Notes: generated from the sequence alone by a model not told the origin. 64,000 bases of DNA from Malacoraja senta (GCA_038087875.1 CM075992.1:1614001-1678000), one strand, 5' to 3'. Numbered from the stretch's first letter, positions 51,126 to 63,171 are shown. Numbers and translations are program-made.

Positions 51126-52369
51126 CTGAAATGGGAAGAATGAATGAATGAATAATTTATTGTCACAAGTGACCAGTCACGGTGAAATTCTTTGCTTGCG
51201 CACCCAAGGTATGCAAATAATCGCCACGTAAAGGGCGCCGACAATGTTACAAAGTATCCCGCGCCAGGTGGATACCCCCTCCCCCCTCTCGCTCCAGTGA
51301 TACAGCGTGGAAACAGGCCCTTCACCCCAACCTGCCCACACCGGCCAACATGTCCCAGCTACACTAGTCCCACCTGCCCACGTTTTGTCCATATCCCTCC
51401 AAACCTGTTCTACCATGTACCTGTCTAACTGTTTCTTAAACGTTGGGATAGTCCCAGCCTCAACTACCTCCTCTGGCAGCTTGTTCCATACACCCAACAC
51501 CCTTTGTGTGAAAAAGTTACCCCTCAGATTCCTATTAAATCTTTTCCCCTTCACCTTGAACCTGTGGGTGCAGCAGTATCTATGGAGCGAAGGAAATAGG
51601 CAACGTTTCGGCCCGAAACATTGCCTTTGCTCCATAGATGCTGCTGCACCCGCTGAGTTCCTCCAGCATTTTAGTCTACCTTCGATTTTCCAGCATCTGC
51701 AGTTCCTTCTTAAACACCTTGAACCTCTGTCCTCTGGTCCTCGATTCCCCTACTCTGGGCAAGAGACTCTGTGCATCTGCCCGATCTATTCCTCTCATGG
51801 TTTTATACACCTCTATGAGGAGAATGGGGTTGGGAGGGAGAGATAGATTGGCCATGATAGAATGGCGGAGTAGACATAGAAATATAGAAACATAGAAAAT
51901 AGGTGCAGGAGTAGGCCATTCGGCCCTTCGATATGACCATGGCTGATCATCCAACTCAGTATCCCGTACCTGCCTTCTCTCCATACCCCCTGATCCCTTT
52001 AGCCACAAGGGCCACATCTAACTCCCTCTTAAATATAGCCAATGAACTGGCCTCAACCACCTTCTGTGGCAGAGAGTTCGACAGATTCACCACTCTCTGT
52101 GTCAAAACATGATGGGCCGAATGGCCTAATTCTACCCCTATTCCATATGACCTTCTGACTTTGTAGATATTTGTTGAAGTATGATTGGGAAAACTGGAGA
52201 TAAGTCATATTTAGACCTGATTTACGCTCCTGGTCCTGAAGAGAGACAGGACCAGTGAGCGGATTGTCCACCCCACCCTTAGATCCTCCTTCCTCTGCAC
52301 AGCCGGGGATAGGCACGCCCGCGTTTGGCTGGCAACCCGCCCGCTCGCATTTTGGTGTCGACCGCTTAC

Positions 52370-52504
52370 TTGAACAACACTTAACTTTTCTAGTGGACTT
52401 TCCACGCAGGGGAGGGCGAGCATCACGCACACGGGTTTCGGAACGCTCGCCAACTTCTTACAAACTGGGTTCTTCCCTTTAAACTTGTGCACCACGCAGC
52501 AGAC
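52370..52504 (-). CDS. PLPPR2: PLPPR2 penultimate exon (VCCVVHKFKGKNPVCKKLASVPKPVCVMLALPCVESPLEKLSVVQ); possible alternative donor after 52386
   Basis: cttccccgcag acceptor, 135 nt, GTAAGC donor. V.CVVH.F and SPLEKLSV.Q match PLPPR2. Confidence 0.9.
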
Positions 52505-52664
52505 CTGCGGGGAAGTTATTGAAGAGTCTTACAACATACAACAGAGTGCAGTGCACCGCAGGAACAGGCCCCTCGGCCCACCATGTCTGAGCCGAACATG
52601 GTACCAAGTTAAAGTCATCTCAACCAGAGCGCAGAGTGCTGCAGTGACTCAGAGGGATCGATCG

Positions 52665-53052
52665 CAGTCGCTGCCTCAAAAAGGCTGGCAGTATCATCAA
52701 GGACCCACACCATCCTGGCCACACACTCATCTCCCCACTACCTTCAGGTAGAAGGTACAGGAGCCTGAAGACTGCAACGACCAGGTTCAGGAATAGCTAC
52801 TTCCCCACAGCCATCAGGCTATTAAACCTGGCTCGGACAAAACTCTGAACATTAATAGCCCATTATCTGTTTATTTGCACTTTATCTGCTTATTTATTCA
52901 TGTGTGTATATATTTATATTATGGTATATGGACACACTGATCTGATCTGTAGTCAATGCCTACTATGTTCTGTTGTGCTGAAGCAAAGCAAGAATTTCAT
53001 TGTCCTATCAGGGACACATGACAATAAACTCTCTTGACTCTTGTCTTGACTT
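52665..53052 (+). mobile_element. Rex1/Babar-type LINE 3' fragment (second copy 54880-55142)
   Basis: RCLKKAGSIIKDPHHPGHTLISPLPSGRRYRSLKTATTRFRNSYFPTAIRLLN with a (CTTGA)n tail. Confidence 0.8.
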
Positions 53053-54052
53053 GGGTTAGGTGGCAAAATTAGACACAGAGTGCTGGAGTAACTCAGCGGG
53101 TCAGGCAGCATCCGTGGAGAACACGGATAGGTGACGTTTCACAGAGTGCTGGAGTAACTCAGCGGGTCAGGCAGCATCTGTGGAGCGAAGGAAATGGGCA
53201 ACCTTTCGGGCCAAAACCCTGAAGGAAATAGGCAACGTTTCGGGCCGAAACCCGGAAGGGTTTCGGGCCGAAACGTTGCCTATTTCCTTCGCTCCATAGA
53301 TGCTGCCAGAACATGGATAGGTGACGTTTCACAGAGTGCTGGAGTAACTCAGCGGGTCAGGCAGCATAGAAACATAGAAACATAGAAAATAGGTGCAGGA
53401 GTAGGCCATTCGGCCGTTCGAGCCTGCACCGCCATTCAATATGATCATGGCTGATCATCCAACTCAGTATCCCGTACCTGCCTTCTCTCCATACCCCCTG
53501 ATCCCTTTAGCCACAAGGGCCACATCTAACTCCCTCTTAAATATAGCCAATGAACTGGCCTCAACTACCCTCTGTGGCAGAGAGTTCCAGAGATTCACCA
53601 CTCTCTGTGTGAAAAAATGTTTTTCTCATCTCGGTCCTAAAGGATTTCCCCTTAATCCTTAAACTGTGACCCCTTGTCCTGGAATTCCCCAGCATCTCTG
53701 GAGAACATGGATAGGTGACGTTTCGGATCAAGAACCTTATTAAAATCATCTCGGCTGCCTGTACATGATTCATTCAACTACAGATCCATGTACCTATCTA
53801 AATGGAAGAAGGGTTTGGGACCCGAAACGTTGCCTATCTCCTTCGCTCCATAGATGCTGCTGCACCCGCTGAGTTTCTCCAGCATTTTTGTCTACCTTCG
53901 ATTTTCCAGCATCTGCAGTTCCTTCTTAAACACTAAATGCCTTAGTGGGAGAACTTATTAATTGCACCTTATGAATTGTTAGACGAACGGGGAGCAGGTC
54001 ACATTCTACTGAGGAGCATTCTGTACAATCTGGGCAGGTTGTCGGCACTCAC

Positions 54053-54229
54053 CAAAAACACAGCCACGGCAGCCCCGGTGACGAATCCCACCAGCACGTC
54101 TGACCAGTGGTTGCGGTGTTCGGACACGCGCACCACGCCGGTGAGGAAGGTCAGACACAGGAGCGTTAGACACACCACTGGCTTGGTCAGCCGTGTCCCC
54201 TTGGCCCGGAACATAATGGTGACGTACAT
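54053..54229 (-). CDS. PLPPR2: PLPPR2 internal exon (MYVTIMFRAKGTRLTKPVVCLTLLCLTFLTGVVRVSEHRNHWSDVLVGFVTGAAVAVFL)
   Basis: ccacag acceptor, 177 nt, GTGAGT donor. YVT..FR.KG, GVVRV and TGAA match PLPPR2 better than PLPPR1/5 (YIT..IK, GLNRV). Confidence 0.93.
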
Positions 54230-55487
54230 CTGTGGACAACGAGAAGCTTCATTCACGCATCCGTCACGGCAAAACCACACCTCTCAACCTCACTTCCAAC
54301 GCACACTGCTGTCTTATGCCATTAGATTTTATAATTCGGTTGTAAGGGGATGCATTTTTGCATTAATTCTTTTTTTTAATTGTCAATTATTGGCCTATTA
54401 AAGTATTTATTGCTCTCAGGTAGGGTCCACATTCTATTTGATGTCGTTTCTGTCTGCGTTCGTTTTGAATGTGTGGGTTTGTTGGTTGTTGGCTTCTGGA
54501 CGTCTGAATTTCCCTGAGGGGATCAATAAAGTATTTCTTCTTCTTCTTATTATTATTATTATGGGCCTGTGCCACTTAGACGAGTTTTTCGGCGACTGTC
54601 ATAGTCGTAGCAGGCTGTCTACGACTGTCCACAACAACCTACCTCCTAGTCAACGTCAAGCTACCGACAACCGGCGACCCATTTGGACGTCCACCTATGA
54701 CCCTCTGAACTCACAAACACATCATATATGTTGATTATGTTATTTATTATTGTCTTTTACCTATCAATGTCACTTTTATCTTATATATTTTTTACCTTAA
54801 TTTTATCCTTGTAATATCATTGCTGAGGTGACCCCTTGTCTTGTCAAAAACATTTCATTGTACCGTTGACCCTGTGTTAACCAGGTTCAGGAATAGCTAC
54901 TTCCCCACAGCCATCGGGCTATTAAACTTGGCTCGGACAAAACTCTGAACATTAATAGCCCATTATCTGTTATTTGCACTTGATCAGTTTATTTATTCAA
55001 GTGTGTATATACATACATAATGGTATATGGACACACTAATCTGTTTTGTAGTCAATGCCTACTATGTTCTGTTGTGCTGAAGCAAAGCAAGAATTTCATT
55101 GTCCTATCAGGGACACATGACCTTGACTTGACTTGACTTGACCTACATATGACAAATAAAACTGAACTGACCACACCTACGACAACCTAAGTCCACAAGG
55201 TACCACACCCGCACTAATCAAGAATCTATCTATCTCTGTCCTAAAAATATCCACTGACTTGGCCTGCACAGCCTTCTGTGGCACTGACTTCCACAGATTC
55301 ACCACCCTCAGACTAAAGAAATTTCTCCTCACCTCCTTCCTAAAAGAAAGTCCTTTCATTTTGAGGCTGTGATCTCTAGTCCTAGACTCTCCCACCAGTG
55401 GAAACATCCTCTCCACATCCACTCTACCAAAGCCTTTCACTATTCTGTATGTTCTTCCCATGGCCCCTGATCAAGAATCGAACTCAC

Positions 55488-55738
55488 CACAGTGTAGATG
55501 GCGGCGTACATGCTGAGGGCTGCGTCCTTGCAGGGGAAGGCTCGTCGGGCGTTGGACACCACGCTTGGGCTCCCAGTGCAGGCTTCTGGGGAGGCGATGA
55601 ACTGCGTGGGTTGGTGGCAGCCCAGAGCCGTATAGTTGGGTCGACAGACAGTGAGGAAATGTGGCGCGGGGCTCCCCATGATCACCTGCCCTGCGTTCAC
55701 AAATATATCCGTGGCAAAGAGTCCAAACGTGTAAACCC
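55488..55738 (-). CDS. PLPPR2: PLPPR2 internal exon (GVYTFGLFATDIFVNAGQV...HFLTVCRPNYTALGC...ARRAFPCKDAALSMYAAIYTV)
   Basis: ctactgcag acceptor, 251 nt, GTGAGT donor. PAP2-family fold with degenerate catalytic motifs (AFPCKD in place of SFPSGH), as in PLPPR2. Confidence 0.93.
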
Positions 55739-57259
55739 CTGCAGTAGAAAGCAAGGTTAGCGTCATACAGCAACAAAAAACCACAACATCACCGTCTGAA
55801 GAAGGGTCCCGACCCGAAACGCCACCTGTCCATGTTCTCCAGAGATGCTGCCTGAGCCTTGGAGTGCAGGAGGACCAGGGGTGATCTTATAGAGGTGTAC
55901 AAAATCATGAGAGGAATAGATCGGGTCGTCTCTTGCTGGAGGAATCGAGAACCAGAGAACATAGGTTCAAGGTGAGGTGGGGGAAAGATTTAATAGGAAC
56001 CTGAGGGGTAACCTTTTTCACACAAAGGATGGTGGGTGTATGGAACGAGGTAGTTGACTATCCCAACATTTAAGAAACATTTGGACAGGTACATGGATAG
56101 AACAGGTTAGGGGGATATGGGCCAAATGTAGGCAGGTGGGACTAGTGTGGATGGGACATGTTATTCAGTGTGGGCAAGTTGGGCTGAAAGGCCTATTTTC
56201 ATACTATGACCTGCTAAGTTACTCCAGCACTTTGTGTTTATCATTGGTATAAACCAGCATCTGCAGTTCTTTGCTTCTACACATCATCTGCTTATTATCC
56301 ACCCTTGTTCTGCCGCTACAACTGTTATTCATTCTCCACTCTCACTTTCTCCCACAAATCCCAATTTCCCAGATCAGGAATCCTTCCAGGTTCAGATCCA
56401 ACTCCCATTGTGAGTCCTGCAGTCACATTCCCCCAAGGCCAGGTGACAACATCAGTTCTCAATAGCATTTCTGAACCCATTCTATAATGTGGCAGGAACC
56501 AAGAGCTGGCTTTTCAAGTTTAGTTTCGTATTGAGATACAGCGCAGAAACAGGCCCTTATGAACGGCTCGAAGGGCCAAATGGCCTACTCCGGCACCTAT
56601 TTTCCTGCCGGCGGGATTTTGAATATTGTGAGCAATTCTGTTGCCCCACATCCGAGGAAGCGTGTGCTGGCTCTGGAGAGGGTCCAGAGGAGGTTTACGA
56701 GAATGATCCCAGCAATGAGTGGGTTAACCTATGATGAGCGTTTGTCGGCACTGGGCCTGTACTCGCTGGAGAGTTTAGAAGAATGAGAGGGGGCCTCATT
56801 GATACTTAGTGAATAGCGAAAGGCCTGGATAGAGTGGATGTGGAGAGGATGTTTCCACTGGTGGGAGAGTCTAGGACCAGAGGGCACAGCCTCAGAATTA
56901 AAATACGTTCCTTTAGGAGGGAGATGAGCAGGAATTTCTTTAGTCAGAGGGTGGTGAATCTGTGGAATTCATTGCCACAGTAGGCTGTGGAGGCCAAGTC
57001 AATGGATATTTTTTAAGGCAGAGATAGAGATATTCTTGATTAGTACGGATGTCAGGGGTTATGGGGAGAAGGCAGGGGGATGGGGTTGAGAGGGAGAGAT
57101 AGATCAGCCATGATTGAATGGCAGAGTAGACTTGGTGGGCCGAATGGCCTCATTCTGCTCCTATCACTTATGACCTTATGAACTGAACTGACTAATCGGA
57201 ACTGCCTGCTGCGGGGAAAGCGGAGCAACGCGGCAGAGTGGAGGAGCAGCCAGACCGAC

Positions 57260-57383
57260 CCAAGAACCTGATGACCCTGCGGACCAGAGGGTTGAGCGTG
57301 CAGCAGTCTGCGGTGACGATGGTTCGCTCGCGACGTACAAACTCCGCCTGAAAGGCAAAGGCAGCCAGCTCGCCCAGCACGAT
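57260..57383 (-). CDS. PLPPR2: PLPPR2 internal exon (IVLGELAAFAFQAEFVRRERTIVTADCCTLNPLVRRVIRFLG); upstream coding exons not seen
   Basis: ttctcttgcag acceptor, 124 nt, GTCGGT donor (phase 1). The GE...CC...P.VRR..RFLG pattern is typical of PLPPR1/2/5. Confidence 0.88.
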
Positions 57384-57539
57384 CTGCAAGAGAAAAGCAG
57401 AGGAGTTGGCTCCTTATTCACAAAACTAAACACTTTGAGATGTCCATAAGTCTTTGCCCACTGAGGTGGTGGGGGGGGCGAGGGGGGGTGGGGAGGGAGG
57501 GAGTGGTGGGGGGGGGGGGGGGGAAGGGGAATCCTTCCT

Positions 57540-57750
57540 GGTTACCGGGAGATCGCATTGGTCAAGGCGACTGAGCGGAGGTGTTCAGCAAAACGATCGC
57601 TGAGCCTGCGCTTGGTTTTGGTTTCGGAAGGAACCGCAGATGCTGGTTTAAACCGAAGATAGACACAAAATGCTGGAGTAACTCAGCGGGACCGGCAGCA
57701 ATCTCGGGAGAGAAGGAATGGGTGACGTTTCGGGTCGAGACCCTTCTTAG
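57540..57750 (-). mobile_element. Penelope-like GIY-YIG fragment (TKRRLSDRFAEHLRSV) plus terminal-repeat arm
   Basis: Minus-strand translation of ~57618-57570. The adjacent 57628-57750 is the common terminal arm. Confidence 0.6.
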
Positions 57751-57838
57751 TCCAGATTAGTTCAGAACGGGGTACTGATTCTGGAACATTAGTCATGATC
57801 ATATTGAATGGCGGTGCTGGCTCGAAGCGCCGAATGCA

Positions 57839-58038
57839 NNNNNNNNNNNNNNNNNNNNNNNNNNNNNNNNNNNNNNNNNNNNNNNNNNNNNNNNNNNNNN
57901 NNNNNNNNNNNNNNNNNNNNNNNNNNNNNNNNNNNNNNNNNNNNNNNNNNNNNNNNNNNNNNNNNNNNNNNNNNNNNNNNNNNNNNNNNNNNNNNNNNNN
58001 NNNNNNNNNNNNNNNNNNNNNNNNNNNNNNNNNNNNNN
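57839..58038. other. Assembly gap (200 N placeholder)
   Basis: Run of exactly 200 N. Confidence 0.99.
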
Positions 58039-58078
58039 CTGCGGTCAGTTAGTGAGTAAGTAAAAACACACAGTACAG

Positions 58079-58130
<52 letters not shown>

Positions 58131-58419
58131 GGGGGAACATACTGTGGTGAGTTGAGCAAGGTTTAAGTGGCAGAGAGAGAGAGAGAGAGAGCATTTTGGC
58201 CTTTTCCCCACTTTTTAGTGACAATAACCATATAACAATTACAGCACGGAAACAGGTCATCTCGGCCCTTCAAGTCCGTGCCCAACACTTCTTTCTTTTT
58301 TCTTCCCCCGAGTCCCATCTACCATTGCCAGCTTGATGCAAGATTGCTGTTCCCCCCCCACCCCCACCCCCAAGAAACCAAAGCCAGGAAAAAAAGGAAA
58401 ACAGAGACACAAGGAAATC

Positions 58420-60606
58420 TCCTTCTACCGTCGATCCCTTTATTTCAATTCATTACCGTACAGAATGCAGGCACTTCATTTCAAATCAGTTAACAGTCAA
58501 TAGAATCACACAGCAGGAGAGGAAACATTCTCGGGTATCTGTTAGATGAAACAGAAACCCCGATATGAACATGTGATGAAATAATAATCGGAAACAATCT
58601 GTCACTCACTATTTTGTAAAACAGTTAATTAATTCAGTTATTTTTTTTTGCTTCTAGAAATTAGAATGGAAAGATCGCTGATCAGATTTTGCCATTTATA
58701 TTACAAAAACCACCAGGAGTTTGGTGCTGAATCTCCCGGAAACATTGTGGAACCCTTGCTCCACACTACAGTGGCATTCTCTTTATTGCAAAAGTGATCA
58801 AGTTTCAAGGATTAGACCCAGCAAATTCTCCCTCTAAAAGTGAGAGAAATTAGTTTTGATTCAATAACTAATATATATATTTTATATAAAACTGCTCCCA
58901 CCAAGTCAGGACTGCAGGACCATAAGGATATCTGAAAAAAAAAACAATTTCTAGGGTAGGATTGGGTGAACCTTGCTTTTAACCCACTCCCAACGAATGC
59001 ACAGAGGACTCTCAAATGCGATTCCATTCTGCTTTCGACAACCTTACCATGGACTTTTGAGTTTGATGGTGAGTGGGGAGGATAAGGAGATAATCTGATT
59101 ACAGTCTCGAGGAAGCTCTATTCTTACACTGTTCCTGATTCCAGAGAATGTGGTAGGTTAGAAGTTAATGCCCAGTTTGTAACAGGGGAATAGGTTTTTG
59201 TTTAGCAGTAGCTGATAGGACAGACAACCAACAACACAACACCACCCCCGTAGCTGAATATTGTCACAATCAATGAACAGGGTTATGTACAACAAGAATT
59301 TATACTTGTGAAAATAGTCAGCAAAACAGATTCCAACTTGATAACCAGTGCTGGAAAGCTGGGACAAAGCTCAGATATAGAGCAGGTTAATTAGTATTAA
59401 GGGTCTAACCAGTCCCACCTAGAGTGTGGACATCTTATTTCCAGCATGATATTCAGCTCAAGTAAAGCTGACATCAACTCTACCTGCAACAGCTAAAAGG
59501 GGCGTTACGGGATGGGTTTAGCATGAGGCTTCAGGTCCATCCGCCAAGCCCTTTCTCAGCTAGTAGTTAACTAGAAATAAATGAGGCACAAAGGTAGATC
59601 CCGGAGGAAGTAGCACGACTACAACTCCACACTCATCCACATGACCTTGGATCCATCAACCTTGGCTCCTTTAGACCCTGGAATCTGAGATTAAATTGGA
59701 AGTTAGATGGCACTGACTGATTGTCTGCCAAGAGAACACAGCAATCAGCCACTGGTGGACCCCTGCTTGCAGCTGTCTGTGCACGGACTCTCAGCATTGC
59801 TGCCTGCCGGCACAACCCCCTCCCTCTAGCATCATCCTCAGTCAGAGATCTCACTCACTGATACTTTACCAGCACCGCTTCACACTCCGTCCCTTCAACC
59901 CACCCCTCTCCTGCCCCCCTCCTGCGTCCAAGGGGTAGGTTACTGCTGTATCCCCTCAATTCATCTCGCACGATTCCCGCTTGCTGACCGCTCCAATGCC
60001 ACGTCATTCATGATCCCAAATCCGTTTTTGCGGGATCATTAAACGCCACAAATCTCAAGTGGGGATGCTGCAACCGTGGAGGCTCCCCATTACTCCCAGC
60101 AGGAGTGGAACGGAGGTGGAATGGAGCAAGGTTCCTGGGCTACTGGCTTGAAGTTTGGGAAGGCAGTAGCAATGCAAAAGATGCCCAGAGAGAGACCAGA
60201 CGTTGTGTGGTTACAACCCATTCGCATACAGTGGCACCGTCAACCAGGAAGTGGGAAAAGGCATAAAACAATTTTTTGCTGCTTATTTGGCAAGTGCAAA
60301 GTTTCTCAACAGGGCAGATCAGTGGAGCAACGAGCGAGAGATATCGTGTCCGTGAGTCTGGTGTTCAGGGAAACAAAACCAAGAGGTCAATCTTTGTTTA
60401 AATAAAGTTCACTTAAGATCTTCTCTAGTGCTTCCAGCTCGAGTGAAAAGGCAAGAGGTCGGGATTACACTTGGGAAAACGCAGCCAGCCCTGTGGATCC
60501 TGTGCTTCACACCGCTAATGCCCCTCAGCGGTCAAATAGGCAAAGGTAGGGCTAATCAACTATAGCCTACAAGAAAATGCTTCACAGGATAGATAAATCC
60601 CACTGT
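58420..60606 (-). other. DNM2: Probable DNM2 3'UTR (~2.2 kb), AATAAA at 58444-58439 and a second at 58787-58782
   Basis: Stretch free of recognisable repeats directly after the stop. The distal AATAAA is followed by a GT/T-rich tract on the minus strand. Confidence 0.6.
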
Positions 60607-60676
60607 TTAATCCAGTAGGGATTGCTCGGATGTCCGGATAATTGTGGGCCGGTTCGGAGCAGCGGGTGGTCTTCTG
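60607..60676 (-). CDS. DNM2: Dynamin-2 last coding exon ((S)RRPPAAPNRPTIIRTSEQSLLD*)
   Basis: tttgtctccttcag acceptor and TAA at 60609-60607. Matches human DNM2 [23 protein letters not shown]. Confidence 0.94.
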
Positions 60677-60749
60677 CTGAAGGAGACAAAACAAAACTGG
60701 GGGTCAATAGACACAACAGGCAAATTCTAAAAGAGATAAACACGTCCCC

Positions 60750-61070
60750 TTCCTTTCTATTGCGTTAATCTCCTCTCTAACCAGCAACGCTACCCCACCT
60801 CCTTTTCCTTTCTCTCTATCCCTCCTGAATATTGAATATCCCTGGATGTTCAGCTCCCAGCCTTGGTCACCCTGGAGCCATGTCTCCGTCATCCCAATTA
60901 TATCATAATCATTTAATAGCTATCTGCACGTTCAACTCATCCACCTTATTACGAATGCTCCTTGCATTGAGACACAAAGCCTTCAGGCTTTTTACAACGC
61001 TCTTACCCCTTATACAATTATGTTGAAAAGTGGCCCTTTTTGATTTTTGCCCTGGATTTGTCTGCCTGCC
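60750..61070 (-). mobile_element. CR1 ORF2 N-terminal (APE endonuclease) fragment in the last DNM2 intron
   Basis: TETWLQGDQGWELNIQGYSIFRRDREKGKGGGVALLVREEI. Confidence 0.85.
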
Positions 61071-61299
61071 ACTTCAGCTCCACGGGACTAGCAGTTAGAG
61101 GCCTGAGACTATGCAGGTAGAGAAGTGAATGAGCCTCTGAGCCAGGCATCTTCCCCCCATAAACTGGAGGACAGATAGGAACCCGTCCCAGACAGACAAC
61201 AGGCAAATTCTAAAAGAGATAAACACGTCTCCTTCTCAGCTGCAGCTTCTCTGGATGCATCCACACAAAGCTGGATCCCAGGGAAGGGTTTCCACCTAC

Positions 61300-61524
61300 C
61301 TGGGCAGCCCCGGTGGTCCGGGTGGAATCCGTGCCGGCCGGGAGGGGATCTGGGGAGGGGCCCCAAAGGCATCGTTGGTGGGCATAGGTCTTGACGGGAT
61401 GGGAGGAGCTCCAAACGGCTGCGCTGGGACGGCAATCAACGGGGGTCCCGGAGTTGGTCCTCGTACCCCTGGAGGTCGGCTGGGCGGTCCCAACGCAGAG
61501 TGCGGCCGGCGCTGAGGTCTCGGG
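61300..61524 (-). CDS. DNM2: Dynamin-2 penultimate exon, proline-rich domain ([46 protein letters not shown]...[20 protein letters not shown])
   Basis: ctttcctccctcag acceptor, 225 nt, GTAGGT donor (phases 2/2). [11 protein letters not shown] and [14 protein letters not shown] are DNM2 proline-rich-domain motifs. Confidence 0.93.
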
Positions 61525-62819
61525 CTGAGGGAGGAAAGGAGACCGCAGGTACAATGCCAATCCCAGCACTACAAGCTGCATCAACCCTACACACCCTTCT
61601 CCCCCAAGGTGGACTTTGCCCCAAGCCCTTCCTGCACCTCATCTACCAGCCTGGAGGATAGCCGCGCCAACACCCTCCCGTCCCTGCATTGATACCTCCA
61701 TCACATAGAAAATAGGTGCAGGAGTAGGCCATTCAGCCCTTCGAGCCTGCACCGCCATTCAATATGATCATGGCTGATCATCCAACTCAGTATCCTGTAC
61801 CTACCTTCTCTCCATACCCCCTGATGTAGGCTTGTTTACAATGGGGGGAGAGAGAGAGAGAGAGAGAGTGTGATAAATTATACACATTTTAAATCTTTTT
61901 TAATTGCTTCCCAATTCGCATACTATACAATTCGTGTATTATAGGGTTTTCACTATAGGTTTTTTTTTTGTTCATTTTTGTAGGAAGGAGCAAGCAAACA
62001 GAATCGGGCCAGGGCTGGGAACTGAATATTCAAGGGTATACCTTCTATCGAAAAGACAGACAGATTTATTCATGTGAAGGTGAGGTGATGCACTTTGCTG
62101 AGACAAACCAGGGCTGGACATACACAGTAAACGGGGAACTTTATAGAACTGAGAGATCTCGGGCTGCAGGTATACAGTGCCATGGAAGATGCAACACTGA
62201 CAGTGCAGGTTGGGTGGTGAAGAATGTGTTTGTCACATGCTTTATAGGTCAGGATATTAAATACAGCGTTTGGCACAATAAGGTTGTTAGCAAATGAGAG
62301 AGGTTGCAAAAGGATTTATGATAATTTAATTGTCTGTAGGACTGGGTTATAAGGAATGAACTGGAGAGAGAGAGAGAGGGGGGGGGGGGGACACTGGCTC
62401 ACAGGCAGGCAGTAAAGGCAGAATTGAATTGTATTCACAACGTACTTCAAGATGAAGTCAATTTGGAAACATTTACCCTGATGAACAGAACACTCAGACA
62501 AGGCTCAACACCCCATCCATCTAATCAACACTTAGCAGAGTCACACTCTGCAACATTACTTACAACCTATTTACAAGGTGAATGTCCAGGTTTGCAGCCA
62601 TCCAATCCATTCTATGCATTTGACAGGGTTTGCAAGGTTTCCAATTCTTTGCATGCAAATTGTATCTGTTCCAGATTTCCAGGCATCTCTCGCTCGCAGC
62701 CTGTCTGTCCCACAGAGCTATTCCAATTTGACCAAATCTCCCAGCAAACACCATTTTGAAGTCCAAACACTCTTCTCCTCAGACGGACTAAGGTGGACTG
62801 TGAATTATATCTAAAGAGT

Positions 62820-62855
<36 letters not shown>

Positions 62856-62944
62856 GATTAGGGTGCCTGCCTGCCTCTCTCTCTCTCCATCTCTCTCTCT
62901 CTGTCACTCTCCCCCTGTCTCCTCCTCTCTGTCTCTCCCTCCAG

Positions 62945-63114
62945 CCAGTGTCCAGCAGCCGGAGAAGCCAGTGTCCAGCAGCCGGAGAAGCCAGTGTCCA
63001 GCAGCCGGAGAAGCCAGTGTCCAGCAGCCGGAGAAGCCAGTGTCCAGCAGCCGGAGAAGCCAGTGTCCAGCAGCCGGAGAAGCCAGTGTCCAGTGGCCGG
63101 AGAAGCCAGTGTCC
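62945..63114. repeat. 23-bp minisatellite (ccagtgtccagcagccggagaag), ~7.5 copies, in a DNM2 intron
   Basis: Direct reading; nearly perfect copies flanked by (GA)n/(CT)n tracts. Confidence 0.95.
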
Positions 63115-63171
63115 AACTCCAGAAATCTTCTGTTTCTGTTGCTGCTCCATTTGCTGGAACCTTGGTTGCTT

